This document shows positions 9,179 to 16,279 of a stretch of 16,279 nt of DNA, piece after piece. The stretch's first letter is position 1, and each line of letters starts with the position of its first letter. Below the pieces are notes generated by a model. That model saw only the letters and a list, made by a program, of their open reading frames with translations. It ran no database searches and was not told where the DNA came from. The translations under genes and the position numbers were made by a program. The stretch comes from Kofleriaceae bacterium (GTDB lineage Bacteria > Myxococcota_A > Polyangia > Haliangiales > Haliangiaceae), in NCBI GenBank assembly GCA_046597055.1, contig JBKJLC010000152.1, forward strand, positions 1 to 16,279. Direction: 5' to 3'.

Positions 9179-10045
9179 TCAGGTCCCGGGCGCGAGCAGC
9201 GGCTCGGGATCGACCGGCGTACCGCCGGGGCCGACCCCGAGGCGCACCTCGAGGTACACGCGACGCTTGAGCGGATGGCCGATGCGACCGCCGCGGGCGA
9301 CCGGCACGTCGGGCGCGAACGCGACCGGCGCCAGCTTCGCGATCACCGTCCAGTAGCCGCCGTGGTCGATGATCACGCCGTGGTCGAGGCCGCGGATCGG
9401 ACCGGCGTAGCGGATCACGCCGGCGGCCGGCGCGACCACGTCGGCGTCGGCCAGCACGTCGAAGTCGACCCCGCGCCGCGCGAGGATGGCCCCCGAGCGC
9501 TCGTGGACGACGGTGCCGAAGCGCCGCGCCACCGCGCCGGCGACCGGGCGCGCCAGCGGCACCGGCACCGCCATCAGCGGCACCGCGCGGTCGCGCTCGA
9601 TCCGCGCGATCGCCGCGGCGAGCAGCCTCGCCTCGTCGGCGAGCTGGGTGACCTCGGCCTGATCGCGGGCCAGCAGCAGGCGCGCGGTGGCGCGGCTGCG
9701 CGCGACCGCCATGCGGCGCTCGGGCGCGACCGTGAGCGGCGAGCCCGCGCCGCGCAGGAGCTTATATGCGATCCGCAGCCGCTGTTGACGGGCCGCGGCG
9801 CGCTCGGCGCGCTTGGCCTCCACCTGGCCGTGGGCCCGGCTGGCCGAGGCAAGCTGGGCGGCGAGCAGGTCGGCCACCGACGACGGCACCGGCGGGTCAG
9901 TCGCCACGGCGGCGGGGGGCGCCGCGGGATCCGCGACGTCGGCGACCGCAGCGAGCGCGGTGGTCGCGAGGAGCGCCGCGACGGTCGCGGCCAGGACCGC
10001 GGCCCGGCTACCCGCGGGCATCCCGCCCCGAGGCGAGGACGCCAC
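9179..10045 (-). CDS. envC: EnvC-like protein: signal peptide, short coiled coil, degenerate LytM/M23 domain (start may be ATG 10021)
   Basis: PVAGAVARRFG...GVDF...VVAPAAGVIRYAGPIRGLDHGVIIDHG.YWTVIAKL...V..G..IG...VYLEVR...PVDP fits the M23 fold. The zinc-binding His residues of HxxxD and HxH are absent. It sits between ftsX and ctpA. Confidence 0.8.
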   Translation of the reverse strand: MASSPRGGMPAGSRAAVLAATVAALLATTALAAVADVADPAAPPAAVATDPPVPSSVADLLAAQLASASRAHGQVEAKRAERAAARQQRLRIAYKLLRGAGSPLTVAPERRMAVARSRATARLLLARDQAEVTQLADEARLLAAAIARIERDRAVPLMAVPVPLARPVAGAVARRFGTVVHERSGAILARRGVDFDVLADADVVAPAAGVIRYAGPIRGLDHGVIIDHGGYWTVIAKLAPVAFAPDVPVARGGRIGHPLKRRVYLEVRLGVGPGGTPVDPEPLLAPGT

Positions 10046-10895
10046 CGATCAGGCCGAGCAGCGCGCCGGCGCCGACCAGCGCCGCCGCGCGGGTGACCGG
10101 CCACGCGGTGACCTCGCTGGCCCCGCCGAGCGCGGGCGCGACGTCGATGCGGAACAGCTGGACCAGGGCCGCCGCCGCGACCAGCGCGAGCCCGGCGCCG
10201 GCCGCGCCCAGCACGGTGCCCGCGACGATCGCGGGCCCGCGCACGAACGCCGGGCTGGCGCCCAGCCAGGCCAGCGCCGCGCTCTCGTCGGTGCCGTCGG
10301 CGAGCCGCAGCCGCACCGCCGCCGCGACCAGGACCGCGGCGCCGCCGCCGATCACGAGCAGCAGCACCCAGGCCAGCCGCTGCAGGCGCGCCAGCGCGTC
10401 GCCGAGCGGCGCGGTGTAGTCGCGGGTGATCTCGACGTCGTCGACGCCGCCGGCGGCCCGCAGCTCGGCGACCAGCGCGCTCTGACCGATCACGTCGGCC
10501 ATGCCGGGGGCCAGGGTGACCTCGATCGAGATCGGCAGGCTGCCGGGCTCGACCCCGGCGAGCAGCTCGTCGTGCGAGCCGAGCGCGGCGCGCAGGCGGT
10601 CGTCGGCCTCGGCGGCGCCGACCACGCGCGCGGCATCGACGCCGTCGACCCGCCCGAGGTGGGCCGCGATCACGGCGGCGCGCTCGGGGGTCGCGCCCTC
10701 GTCGAGGTAGATGACCATGCTCGCCTGGGCTTGCAGGTCGCGCGACCAGGCGCCGACCCGACGCGCGGCGAGATCGGTGACGGCGACGCCGACCAGCGCG
10801 GCCGCCACCGCCAGCACCGCCCAGATCGAGGCGATCGGCCGGCGCGCCAGCGCGCGCACGCTGCGGGTGACGGTGGAGGTCAGCGCGGTGAGCAT
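10008..10895 (-). CDS. ftsX: FtsX-like permease (divergent; 295 aa from ATG 10895)
   Basis: Four hydrophobic segments with a large loop after TM1 (MVIYLDEG...GVDAARVV..AEA...SLPISIEVTL...GVDDV) and LGASPAFVRGP, resembling FtsX LVGAT..FI..P. The ATG overlaps the upstream TGA (TGATG). Confidence 0.85.
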   Translation of the reverse strand: MLTALTSTVTRSVRALARRPIASIWAVLAVAAALVGVAVTDLAARRVGAWSRDLQAQASMVIYLDEGATPERAAVIAAHLGRVDGVDAARVVGAAEADDRLRAALGSHDELLAGVEPGSLPISIEVTLAPGMADVIGQSALVAELRAAGGVDDVEITRDYTAPLGDALARLQRLAWVLLLVIGGGAAVLVAAAVRLRLADGTDESAALAWLGASPAFVRGPAIVAGTVLGAAGAGLALVAAAALVQLFRIDVAPALGGASEVTAWPVTRAAALVGAGALLGLIGGVLASGRDARG

Positions 10896-11746
10896 CACAG
10901 CCGATGCCCGGCCGAGCGCGCCACCGGGAACGGCAGGACCCGGAGGTCCGGGTCGACGGTCGGGATCGCGTCGCCGCTGGTGCCCGGCTCGACCTCGCTG
11001 CCCGCGTCGGCGACCGGCGGCGCCGGCACCGGCCGCGAGATCTCGGCCACCACGTGGTCGGCGGCGTCGAGCTCGTCGGCGACCACCGCCGCGACATCGA
11101 CGATCCGGTGGTGATGCAGGGTGAGCGCGCGCCAGCCGCGGCGGGCGGCGGCCGCGACCAGGTGCGGCTCGCGCGCGAGCACCACGCAGGCGGCGCCGGC
11201 GTCGGCCAGCTCGGCGGTCAGCACCGCGAACCGCTCGGCGCCGTCGGCATCCTGGTGGCTGGTCGGCTGGTCGGCGATCAGGACGTCCGGGTTCCGGACG
11301 AACGCGCGGGCCCACGCGACCCGCTGGCGCGCCGCCATCGGCAGCGCGGCGACCAGGACGTCGGCCGGGACGTCGACCGCGACCAGGACCTGGGCGGCTC
11401 GGACCAGGCGGAGCGCGCGCGGGACGCCGGTCACCTCCAGCGCGAGCGCGACGTTGGCCAGCGCGGTGCGATCGTCGATCAGCGCGAGGTCCTGTGGGAT
11501 GACGCCGACCCGGCGCCGCAGCGCCGCCTTCGACGACGCCCGCAGCCGGCCCAGATCGCGGCCGGCGACGGCGATCGTGCCGACCGCGTCGAGTCGACCG
11601 GCCAGCAGCGCGGTGATCGTGGTGGCGCCGGCCCCGGCGGGCGCGCCGAGGAGCACGACCTCGCGGGCGGCGACCGCGAGGTCAGCGCCATCGAGCACGG
11701 TGGGTCCGTGCACGTGGGCGAACGTCACCCCGACCAGCTCGATCAT
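10895..11746 (-). CDS. ftsE: FtsE-like ABC ATP-binding-fold protein with degenerate catalytic motifs (283 aa from ATG 11746)
   Basis: MIELVGVTF...[64 protein letters not shown] all follow FtsE. Walker A reads [10 protein letters not shown], signature LPMAA, Walker B IADQ, switch LARE. Confidence 0.85.
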   Translation of the reverse strand: MIELVGVTFAHVHGPTVLDGADLAVAAREVVLLGAPAGAGATTITALLAGRLDAVGTIAVAGRDLGRLRASSKAALRRRVGVIPQDLALIDDRTALANVALALEVTGVPRALRLVRAAQVLVAVDVPADVLVAALPMAARQRVAWARAFVRNPDVLIADQPTSHQDADGAERFAVLTAELADAGAACVVLAREPHLVAAAARRGWRALTLHHHRIVDVAAVVADELDAADHVVAEISRPVPAPPVADAGSEVEPGTSGDAIPTVDPDLRVLPFPVARSAGHRL

Positions 11747-11753
11747 CGCCACG

Positions 11754-11782
11754 TTGGTACTGCGCCCCGGCGGCGTGGGCAA
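11754..11782 (-). promoter_or_regulatory. Candidate sigma70-type promoter of the ftsE-like operon
   Basis: TTGCCC (11782-11777), 17 nt, TACCAA (11759-11754), 7 nt, ATG 11746. Confidence 0.45.
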
Positions 11783-11820
11783 AAAAACGGTGCTGGCGCG
11801 CGCCGGTGCGCGCTTCTCGG

Positions 11821-11826
11821 TACGAT
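11821..11826 (+). promoter_or_regulatory. -10 hexamer, putative leaderless promoter of the collagen-like gene
   Basis: TACGAT 6 nt upstream of ATG 11833; A7 tract at 11781-11787 in an UP-element position. Confidence 0.5.
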
Positions 11827-11832
11827 GCGCGC

Positions 11833-12540
11833 ATGCGGATCTGGGGCGTGGCCCTCGCGATCGTGGCGGGCTGCCGCGGCACCAGCCCCGACCCCCGGGT
11901 CGACGACCTGAAGCGCCAGCTGGTCGAGGCGCAGGGCCGACTCGAGGCGATCGAGCAGAACGGCACCCGCATCGACGTCCGCCGGGTCGCGCTCGAGCTG
12001 GCCGCGCTCGGCCCCGACGCCGGCATCTCCGGCCCGCCCGGGCCCGAGGGCCCGCCGGGACCGCTCGGTCCGATCGGCGCAGCGGGACCGCCCGGGCCCG
12101 CGGGCGTCGGTCCCGAAGGCCCACCCGGCCCGACCGGGCCGCCGGGTCCCCAGGGCGCCGAGGGGACCCAGGGCATCCAGGGCCTGCAGGGACCGCAGGG
12201 CCTGCAGGGGACCCAGGGCGTGCAAGGCCCCAAGGGGCCGGCCGGCCCGCCGGGCGCGTACGCGGGCAAGACCGACCTGTCGCGGCGCGAGGCGCGGGTC
12301 TCGGTCGGCCCCGGCCTCACCGCCTCGGTGGTCGCCACCTGCGAGCGGGCCCGCGACCTCGTCATCACCGGCGGCTGCTACGCCGATCCGATGTGGATGG
12401 CCGACCTGGTATCGGCCCGGCCGCTCGGCCTCGGCGACGCGCAGGCCGCGTCGAGCTGGCGCTGCGACTACCGCAACCACAGCACGCAGCAGGCGATCGA
12501 GGTGGTGGCCGAGGTCTACTGCGTCGCGCCGCGGCAGTGA
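11833..12540 (+). CDS. Collagen-like lipoprotein (lipobox, coiled coil, Gly-X-Y domain, 4-Cys C-terminal beta domain)
   Basis: [14 protein letters not shown] lipobox; heptad segment [20 protein letters not shown]; about 26 Gly-X-Y triplets; C-terminus VVATC...VITGGC...SWRC...EVYC. Confidence 0.88.
   Translation: MRIWGVALAIVAGCRGTSPDPRVDDLKRQLVEAQGRLEAIEQNGTRIDVRRVALELAALGPDAGISGPPGPEGPPGPLGPIGAAGPPGPAGVGPEGPPGPTGPPGPQGAEGTQGIQGLQGPQGLQGTQGVQGPKGPAGPPGAYAGKTDLSRREARVSVGPGLTASVVATCERARDLVITGGCYADPMWMADLVSARPLGLGDAQAASSWRCDYRNHSTQQAIEVVAEVYCVAPRQ
12022..12261 (+). repeat. Collagen Gly-X-Y repeat region
   Basis: 9 triplets (GIS..GPA), one Gly-Val interruption, then 17 triplets (GPE..GAY). Confidence 0.95.
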
Positions 12541-12562
12541 CCGCGGCGCCCGAAACGCGGCA

Positions 12563-12588
12563 CGCCGCGCCCTGGAGGGAGCGCGGCG
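12563..12588. terminator. GC-rich hairpin between convergent genes (possible terminator)
   Basis: CGCCGCGC (12563-12570) pairs with GCGCGGCG (12581-12588), between the stops at 12540 and 12631. No adjacent U-tract. Confidence 0.45.
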
Positions 12589-12630
12589 CGGAGGTCCGAG
12601 ATCAGGCGCCGGTGGCGCGACGGGTGCGGC

Positions 12631-13767
12631 TCAGTTGGGCGCCCGATAGGTCGCGGTGATGGCGTAGGTCGCCGAAGAGAAGCCGCGCACCATCACGTAG
12701 GCGGTGGTCTGCCCGGCGGGCACGCTCAACGTGCACTTCTCGGTCGCCGAGTCGAGGTACGGCCGGCAGGCATAGCTGGACGTGGTCGGCGCCGAGCCGA
12801 ACCGCACGTACAGGTCGGGATCACCGGAGCCGGTCATCGACACCGTGAGGGTCGAGCCCGCGATCACGGCCAGGGCCGGCGGGAGCTGCTTCGAGACGCG
12901 CAGGCCGACCGAGCCGCTCCAGTTCTGGGTCTTGTCGACGCCGTCGGGCGGCGGCGGCGGCGGCGGGTTGCCACCGGGCGCGCCGTACAGCGCGGCGATG
13001 CCGTCGGCGTCGCGCTGGGTGAACGCCAGGTTCTGCGACGAGCCGTTGCACTGCGGGTAGTGCATCACCGAGCCGGAGTCGTACGGCGTCAGCGCGCGCC
13101 AGCTGGTGTCCTCGAAGCAGGTGCCGGCCTCGGGCCGGGTGTGCTCGTGACGGAAGCCGAGCGCGTGACCGAGCTCGTGCGCGATGATGTTCTTGAGCGG
13201 CCAGCCGACGTTGCCGAACGAGCTGCTGTCGATGATCACGTTGCGGCCGCTGCGGCCCTGGTCCGGGAAGAACGCGCGCGCCAGGTAGCTCTGCCCGGAG
13301 ATCGGGCGGACGTCGAAGACGACGTTGTTGTTGGTCGCGGTGCAGTTCGCGTCCTCGGCCGGCACATAGATGAAGTTCACGTTGCCGCGGACTTCCCAGC
13401 CGAGGTCGGTCGCCTGACGGAACGCCTCGACGACCGTGGCCTTGTTGCTCCCGAAGTTGTTGCTCACGCAGTACGTGAGGTTGAGCTTCTGGGTGTCGGT
13501 CCACTTGGCGTCGGCGCCACCGGACCGGTGCACGATGAGCTCGCCCTCACCGAAGACCGAGTCGTAGAACTCGCGGAGCGCCTTCTCGCCGTGGATCGGC
13601 GTGTCGCCGTTCACGATGTACGCGCCGCCTTCCCACGGCTCGAGATAGGTCTGATCGCGGAACTCTTCGAACGAAGGTGTCGGGGTCGACAGGTCTGGAT
13701 CGCCCACCATGCACCCCGCCGCCATCGCCGCGAGCCACGCGCCTACAAAGAACTTCGAGCGCTTCAT
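12631..13767 (-). CDS. Secreted zinc metalloprotease lipoprotein (metzincin, M57-like) with C-terminal PPC domain
   Basis: GAGGAGG SD before ATG 13767; lipobox-like [16 protein letters not shown] pro-region; [11 protein letters not shown] (HExxHxxGxxH); Met-turn SVMHY; poly-Pro linker; PPC motif [22 protein letters not shown]...EKC. Confidence 0.92.
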   Translation of the reverse strand: MKRSKFFVGAWLAAMAAGCMVGDPDLSTPTPSFEEFRDQTYLEPWEGGAYIVNGDTPIHGEKALREFYDSVFGEGELIVHRSGGADAKWTDTQKLNLTYCVSNNFGSNKATVVEAFRQATDLGWEVRGNVNFIYVPAEDANCTATNNNVVFDVRPISGQSYLARAFFPDQGRSGRNVIIDSSSFGNVGWPLKNIIAHELGHALGFRHEHTRPEAGTCFEDTSWRALTPYDSGSVMHYPQCNGSSQNLAFTQRDADGIAALYGAPGGNPPPPPPPDGVDKTQNWSGSVGLRVSKQLPPALAVIAGSTLTVSMTGSGDPDLYVRFGSAPTTSSYACRPYLDSATEKCTLSVPAGQTTAYVMVRGFSSATYAITATYRAPN

Positions 13768-13798
13768 GATATCGGTCCTCCTCATGCGAGGCGGACTC

Positions 13799-13814
13799 TT
13801 CACGCGGAGTGCCA
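13799..13814 (-). promoter_or_regulatory. Candidate sigma54 (-24/-12) promoter of the metalloprotease gene
   Basis: TGGCAC-TCCGC-GTGAA against consensus TGGCAC-N5-TTGCW: perfect -24, imperfect -12. Sits just upstream of the SD. Confidence 0.5.
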
Positions 13815-14377
13815 GCTTCTCCGACGCGGCGCACCGCGCGCCGACCCTCCCGTCCCGAAACGCCACGGCGACGCGCGCGTCACGCCGGTGCGACGCGTCG
13901 TCGAGTTCGCGTTGACCCGGAGTTAGTAAGCCGCAAGACGCAACTCGCGCGTCGATGGGCTGACAAGCCCATGAGCGCGGTCAGGGCGCACCCGAACGGT
14001 GTCATGCAGTGTCAGCCAGCCCGCGGCCCCGCGCGCCTCGACGCAACCGGCCATCGACTGAATCGCAGACAGATCGCGCCAGCCCGGCGCACCTCGAGGC
14101 CCCACCCAGAGGTATTTCGCCCCTGTCTGAACGTGCGGTCGGCGTACTCGCGTGTAGGCGAGTCAGCCTCTCGGTAGCAGGTTCAGCCGCGCCCGTCGCG
14201 GCCACGGGCGGCAGAACCGCACCGAGGTTCGGGTTCGGTGACAGCGCGCTCTCGCCCAACCGGGTGGGGTGCCGCTTGGCCGTGCTCCGGGCACTGGGGG
14301 GTCCGGGCGAACGCACCACTTTGTAGGCAACTCCGACCTGGGGCGACCGATGTGCGCCGTGTGAAGGCGAAAAAAAG

Positions 14378-15403
14378 ATGCCGTTGATTCGACCGCACCG
14401 CACCCGGGCCGGGTGGCTGGCCCTTCTTCTGCTCGCGACCATGGCGCGCCTGGCAACCGCGCAGGGCCACGCCGCCGAGGCGGAGCAGCGCTTTCGCGAT
14501 GGCAAGAAGCTGATGTCGGAGCAGCGGTACCGCGAGGCGTGCGAGGCCTTCGAGACCAGCAACCGTCTCGACCCGGCGCTCGCGACGCTGATGAACCTCG
14601 CCGACTGTCGCGAGAAGAACGCGCAACTCCAGTCGGCATGGACCGCGTTCCTCGAGGCCGAGCGCCAGACCCGCGACGACGCCCGGCGCGCCACGCTCAA
14701 CAAGACCGCGAAGGCCCGCGCGACCAAGCTCGAGAGTCGCCTCTCGTATCTGACCGTCTCGGTCGCTCGCGACAGCGACATCGCAGGCCTGACGCTCACG
14801 CGTAACGGCGTGCCCTTCGACGAGGGGCTGTGGAACACCGCCATCCCCGTCAACGGTGGCACCTACGTGATCGGCGGCCGTGCCCCGGGCCACCAGGAGT
14901 GGTCCACGACCGTCACCGTGCCCGACGAGCGCGGCCAGATCAGCGTCGATGTTCCGCGGTTCAAGCAGGTCGACCGGCTGGTCGCACCGGCCCCCCGCGA
15001 GGACGCGTCCGGCGACCCTGCGATCCGCGGCGCGGCAGCGCGCCCTGGCTCCGCGTTCACCCGCCGGCGCAAGCTCGGGCTCGCCACCGGCGTCGCCGGT
15101 CTGCTCGCGGTCGGGGGCGGCGTGCTGCTCGGCACCCAGGCCAACGGCTTCGCGCAGGACGCCGCCGACCTCTGCCCCACCGTCACCGGCTGCGCGCGCG
15201 CCGACGAGGCCGACGCGCTGGTCGAGCGGGCCCGGACACGCGCCCTCCACGCCAACATCGCCTACGGCGTCGGCGGCGCCGCTGTGGTCGCGGCCGCGAT
15301 TCTGTGGCTCGCTGGCGCGCCCGAGCAGGCCGCCACCCGCACCGCCGTCGCCCCCGTGCTCACCCCGGCCTCGGTCGGCCTCGACATCGCCGTGAGGTTC
15401 TGA
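14378..15403 (+). CDS. Exported TPR + PEGA-like domain protein with C-terminal hydrophobic/beta segment (myxobacterial type)
   Basis: Signal peptide; TPR-like AEQRFRDGKKLMSEQRYREACEAFETSNRLDP..TLMNLADC.E; PEGA-like LTVSV...IPVNGGTYVIGGRAPGHQEW; two Gly-rich hydrophobic stretches; ends in GLDIAVRF with terminal Phe. Confidence 0.85.
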   Translation: MPLIRPHRTRAGWLALLLLATMARLATAQGHAAEAEQRFRDGKKLMSEQRYREACEAFETSNRLDPALATLMNLADCREKNAQLQSAWTAFLEAERQTRDDARRATLNKTAKARATKLESRLSYLTVSVARDSDIAGLTLTRNGVPFDEGLWNTAIPVNGGTYVIGGRAPGHQEWSTTVTVPDERGQISVDVPRFKQVDRLVAPAPREDASGDPAIRGAAARPGSAFTRRRKLGLATGVAGLLAVGGGVLLGTQANGFAQDAADLCPTVTGCARADEADALVERARTRALHANIAYGVGGAAVVAAAILWLAGAPEQAATRTAVAPVLTPASVGLDIAVRF

Positions 15404-15405
15404 CC

Positions 15406-16279
15406 ATGCGCACGCGCCTTCTGCTCCTGTCGCTTGCGCTGGTCGCCTGCCGCATCGACGCGCCCGACTATTCCGACGACGACGGCACGGGCGACGCCGC
15501 TCCGACCAGCGTCACGCTGACCATCACCCGGGGCGGCGACAGCACCGGCACGGTGACGGCGCCCGACGGGATCGACTGCGGCCCCGAGTGCGTGCAGACC
15601 GTGCCCAGCGGTACCACCATCACGCTGACCGCCACGCCCGCGGCCAACACCACCTTCACCGGCTGGAACGGGGGCGGTTGCGCGGGGACCGGGCCGTGTG
15701 TGCTCGTCCTGACCGCCGACACGACCGTCGACGCCGGGTTCGACCTGTCGAGGTTCACCGTCACGGTGCTCCCCGGCGGCAACGGCTCCGGCACGGTCAC
15801 CTCGGACACCCAGGGCATCGCGTGCGGTGACGACTGTGAAGAGGAGTACCGGTACGGAACCTCGGTCACACTGACCGCGACGGCGGCAACCGGCAGCGTC
15901 TTCGTCGGCTGGACCGTCGATGGCTGCACCGGCCTGGGCCCATGCACCGTCGAGGTCGAGGACGCCATCGAGGTTCAGGCCTCGTTCGCGCTCGCCAACT
16001 CGATCATCGTGACCCTCGATGGCAACGGCACCGGCGGCGTCACCTCCACCCCGGCCGGCATCGACTGCGGCACCGACTGCGACGAGGCCTACGGCCCCGG
16101 CACCCGGGTCACGCTCCGCGCGCTCGCCACCGGCGACTCGGTGTTCGCGGGCTGGGGCGATGACGTCGACTGCCCCGGCACCGGCACCTGCGTGGTGACC
16201 GCCGGCGCGGCCCGGCTGGTCACCGCGAAGTTCATCCTCAACCAGCACACGCTCGAGGTGATTCGCACCGGCAGCGGTA
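15406..16279 (+). CDS. Lipoprotein with tandem divergent InlB B-repeat (Flg_new-like) domains; 3' end beyond the window
   Basis: Manual translation from ATG 15406, 2 nt after the upstream stop: MRTRLLLLSLALVA-C lipobox, then repeats of type G.GTVTS...GI.CG..C...Y..GT.VTLTA.....F.GW...C.G.G.C.V.......V.A.F. The frame is open to the window end. Confidence 0.9.
   Translation, partial: MRTRLLLLSLALVACRIDAPDYSDDDGTGDAAPTSVTLTITRGGDSTGTVTAPDGIDCGPECVQTVPSGTTITLTATPAANTTFTGWNGGGCAGTGPCVLVLTADTTVDAGFDLSRFTVTVLPGGNGSGTVTSDTQGIACGDDCEEEYRYGTSVTLTATAATGSVFVGWTVDGCTGLGPCTVEVEDAIEVQASFALANSIIVTLDGNGTGGVTSTPAGIDCGTDCDEAYGPGTRVTLRALATGDSVFAGWGDDVDCPGTGTCVVTAGAARLVTAKFILNQHTLEVIRTGSG
15511..16279 (+). repeat. 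Three complete ~81-82-aa repeats plus the start of a fourth
   Basis: Units start near 15511, 15754, 16000 and 16246; each complete unit has four Cys and F.GW. Confidence 0.88.

Noticed and set aside
10896..11315. ORF-track N-terminal extension of ftsX (start 11315)
   Set aside because: It overlaps ftsE out of frame. ATG 10895, coupled to the ftsE stop, gives a normal FtsX length.
10895..11746. Calling the ftsE-like gene a pseudogene
   Set aside because: No stop or frameshift; normal codon bias, a candidate promoter and translational coupling are retained. Decay cannot be excluded but is not shown.
11747..12124. ORF-track N-terminal extension of ftsE (start 12124)
   Set aside because: It overlaps the divergent collagen gene. 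FtsE similarity begins at MIELVGV (11746).
12022..12261. Collagen repeat as evidence of a prophage tail fibre
   Set aside because: The protein has a lipoprotein signal and no phage, integrase or att features are nearby.
13768..13866. ORF-track longer start for the metalloprotease (13866)
   Set aside because: A strong GAGGAGG SD and the signal peptide support ATG 13767, and the extension covers the candidate promoter.
14009..14326. 105-aa ORF and other short ORFs in the large intergenic region
   Set aside because: No SD, atypical codon usage and no recognisable motif.
13768..14377. Known RNA classes (tRNA, tmRNA, RNase P, SRP, 6S, hammerhead, c-di-GMP or glycine riboswitch)
   Set aside because: Their diagnostic conserved motifs were not found by eye on either strand. 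A cmscan run would be needed to exclude them formally.

Overview
Very GC-rich (about 70% by eye) bacterial chromosomal segment. The gene families present (TraB-like OmpA/TSP3 protein, dual-FHA membrane protein, M57-type lipoprotein protease, TPR-PEGA protein) suggest Myxococcota, which is an inference. In window order it contains: partial tsf and rpsB with its promoter and a t44-like leader; a DCC1/DUF393 thiol-disulfide oxidoreductase; a small membrane protein; an AarF/UbiB kinase; a beta-barrel/TSP3/OmpA protein; a dual-FHA/TM/TPR protein; an ftsE-ftsX-envC-ctpA-like cluster (minus strand); a divergent collagen-like lipoprotein; an M57-like metzincin with a PPC domain; a 610-bp intergenic region; a TPR/PEGA-like protein; and a partial lipoprotein with divergent InlB B-repeats. 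No mobile element, tRNA, rRNA or CRISPR-Cas was seen. Most notable: the FtsE-like protein has lost four ATPase motifs (Walker A Lys, ABC signature, catalytic Glu, switch His) yet keeps an intact ORF, a candidate promoter and translational coupling to an FtsX with an eroded coupling motif, which suggests an ATP-independent FtsEX/EnvC/CtpA module. Also notable: five genes have a TANNNT -10 hexamer 6-7 nt before the start codon and no SD (a sixth has a near-match), pointing to leaderless mRNAs. All assignments come from reading motifs by eye; no database searches were run.
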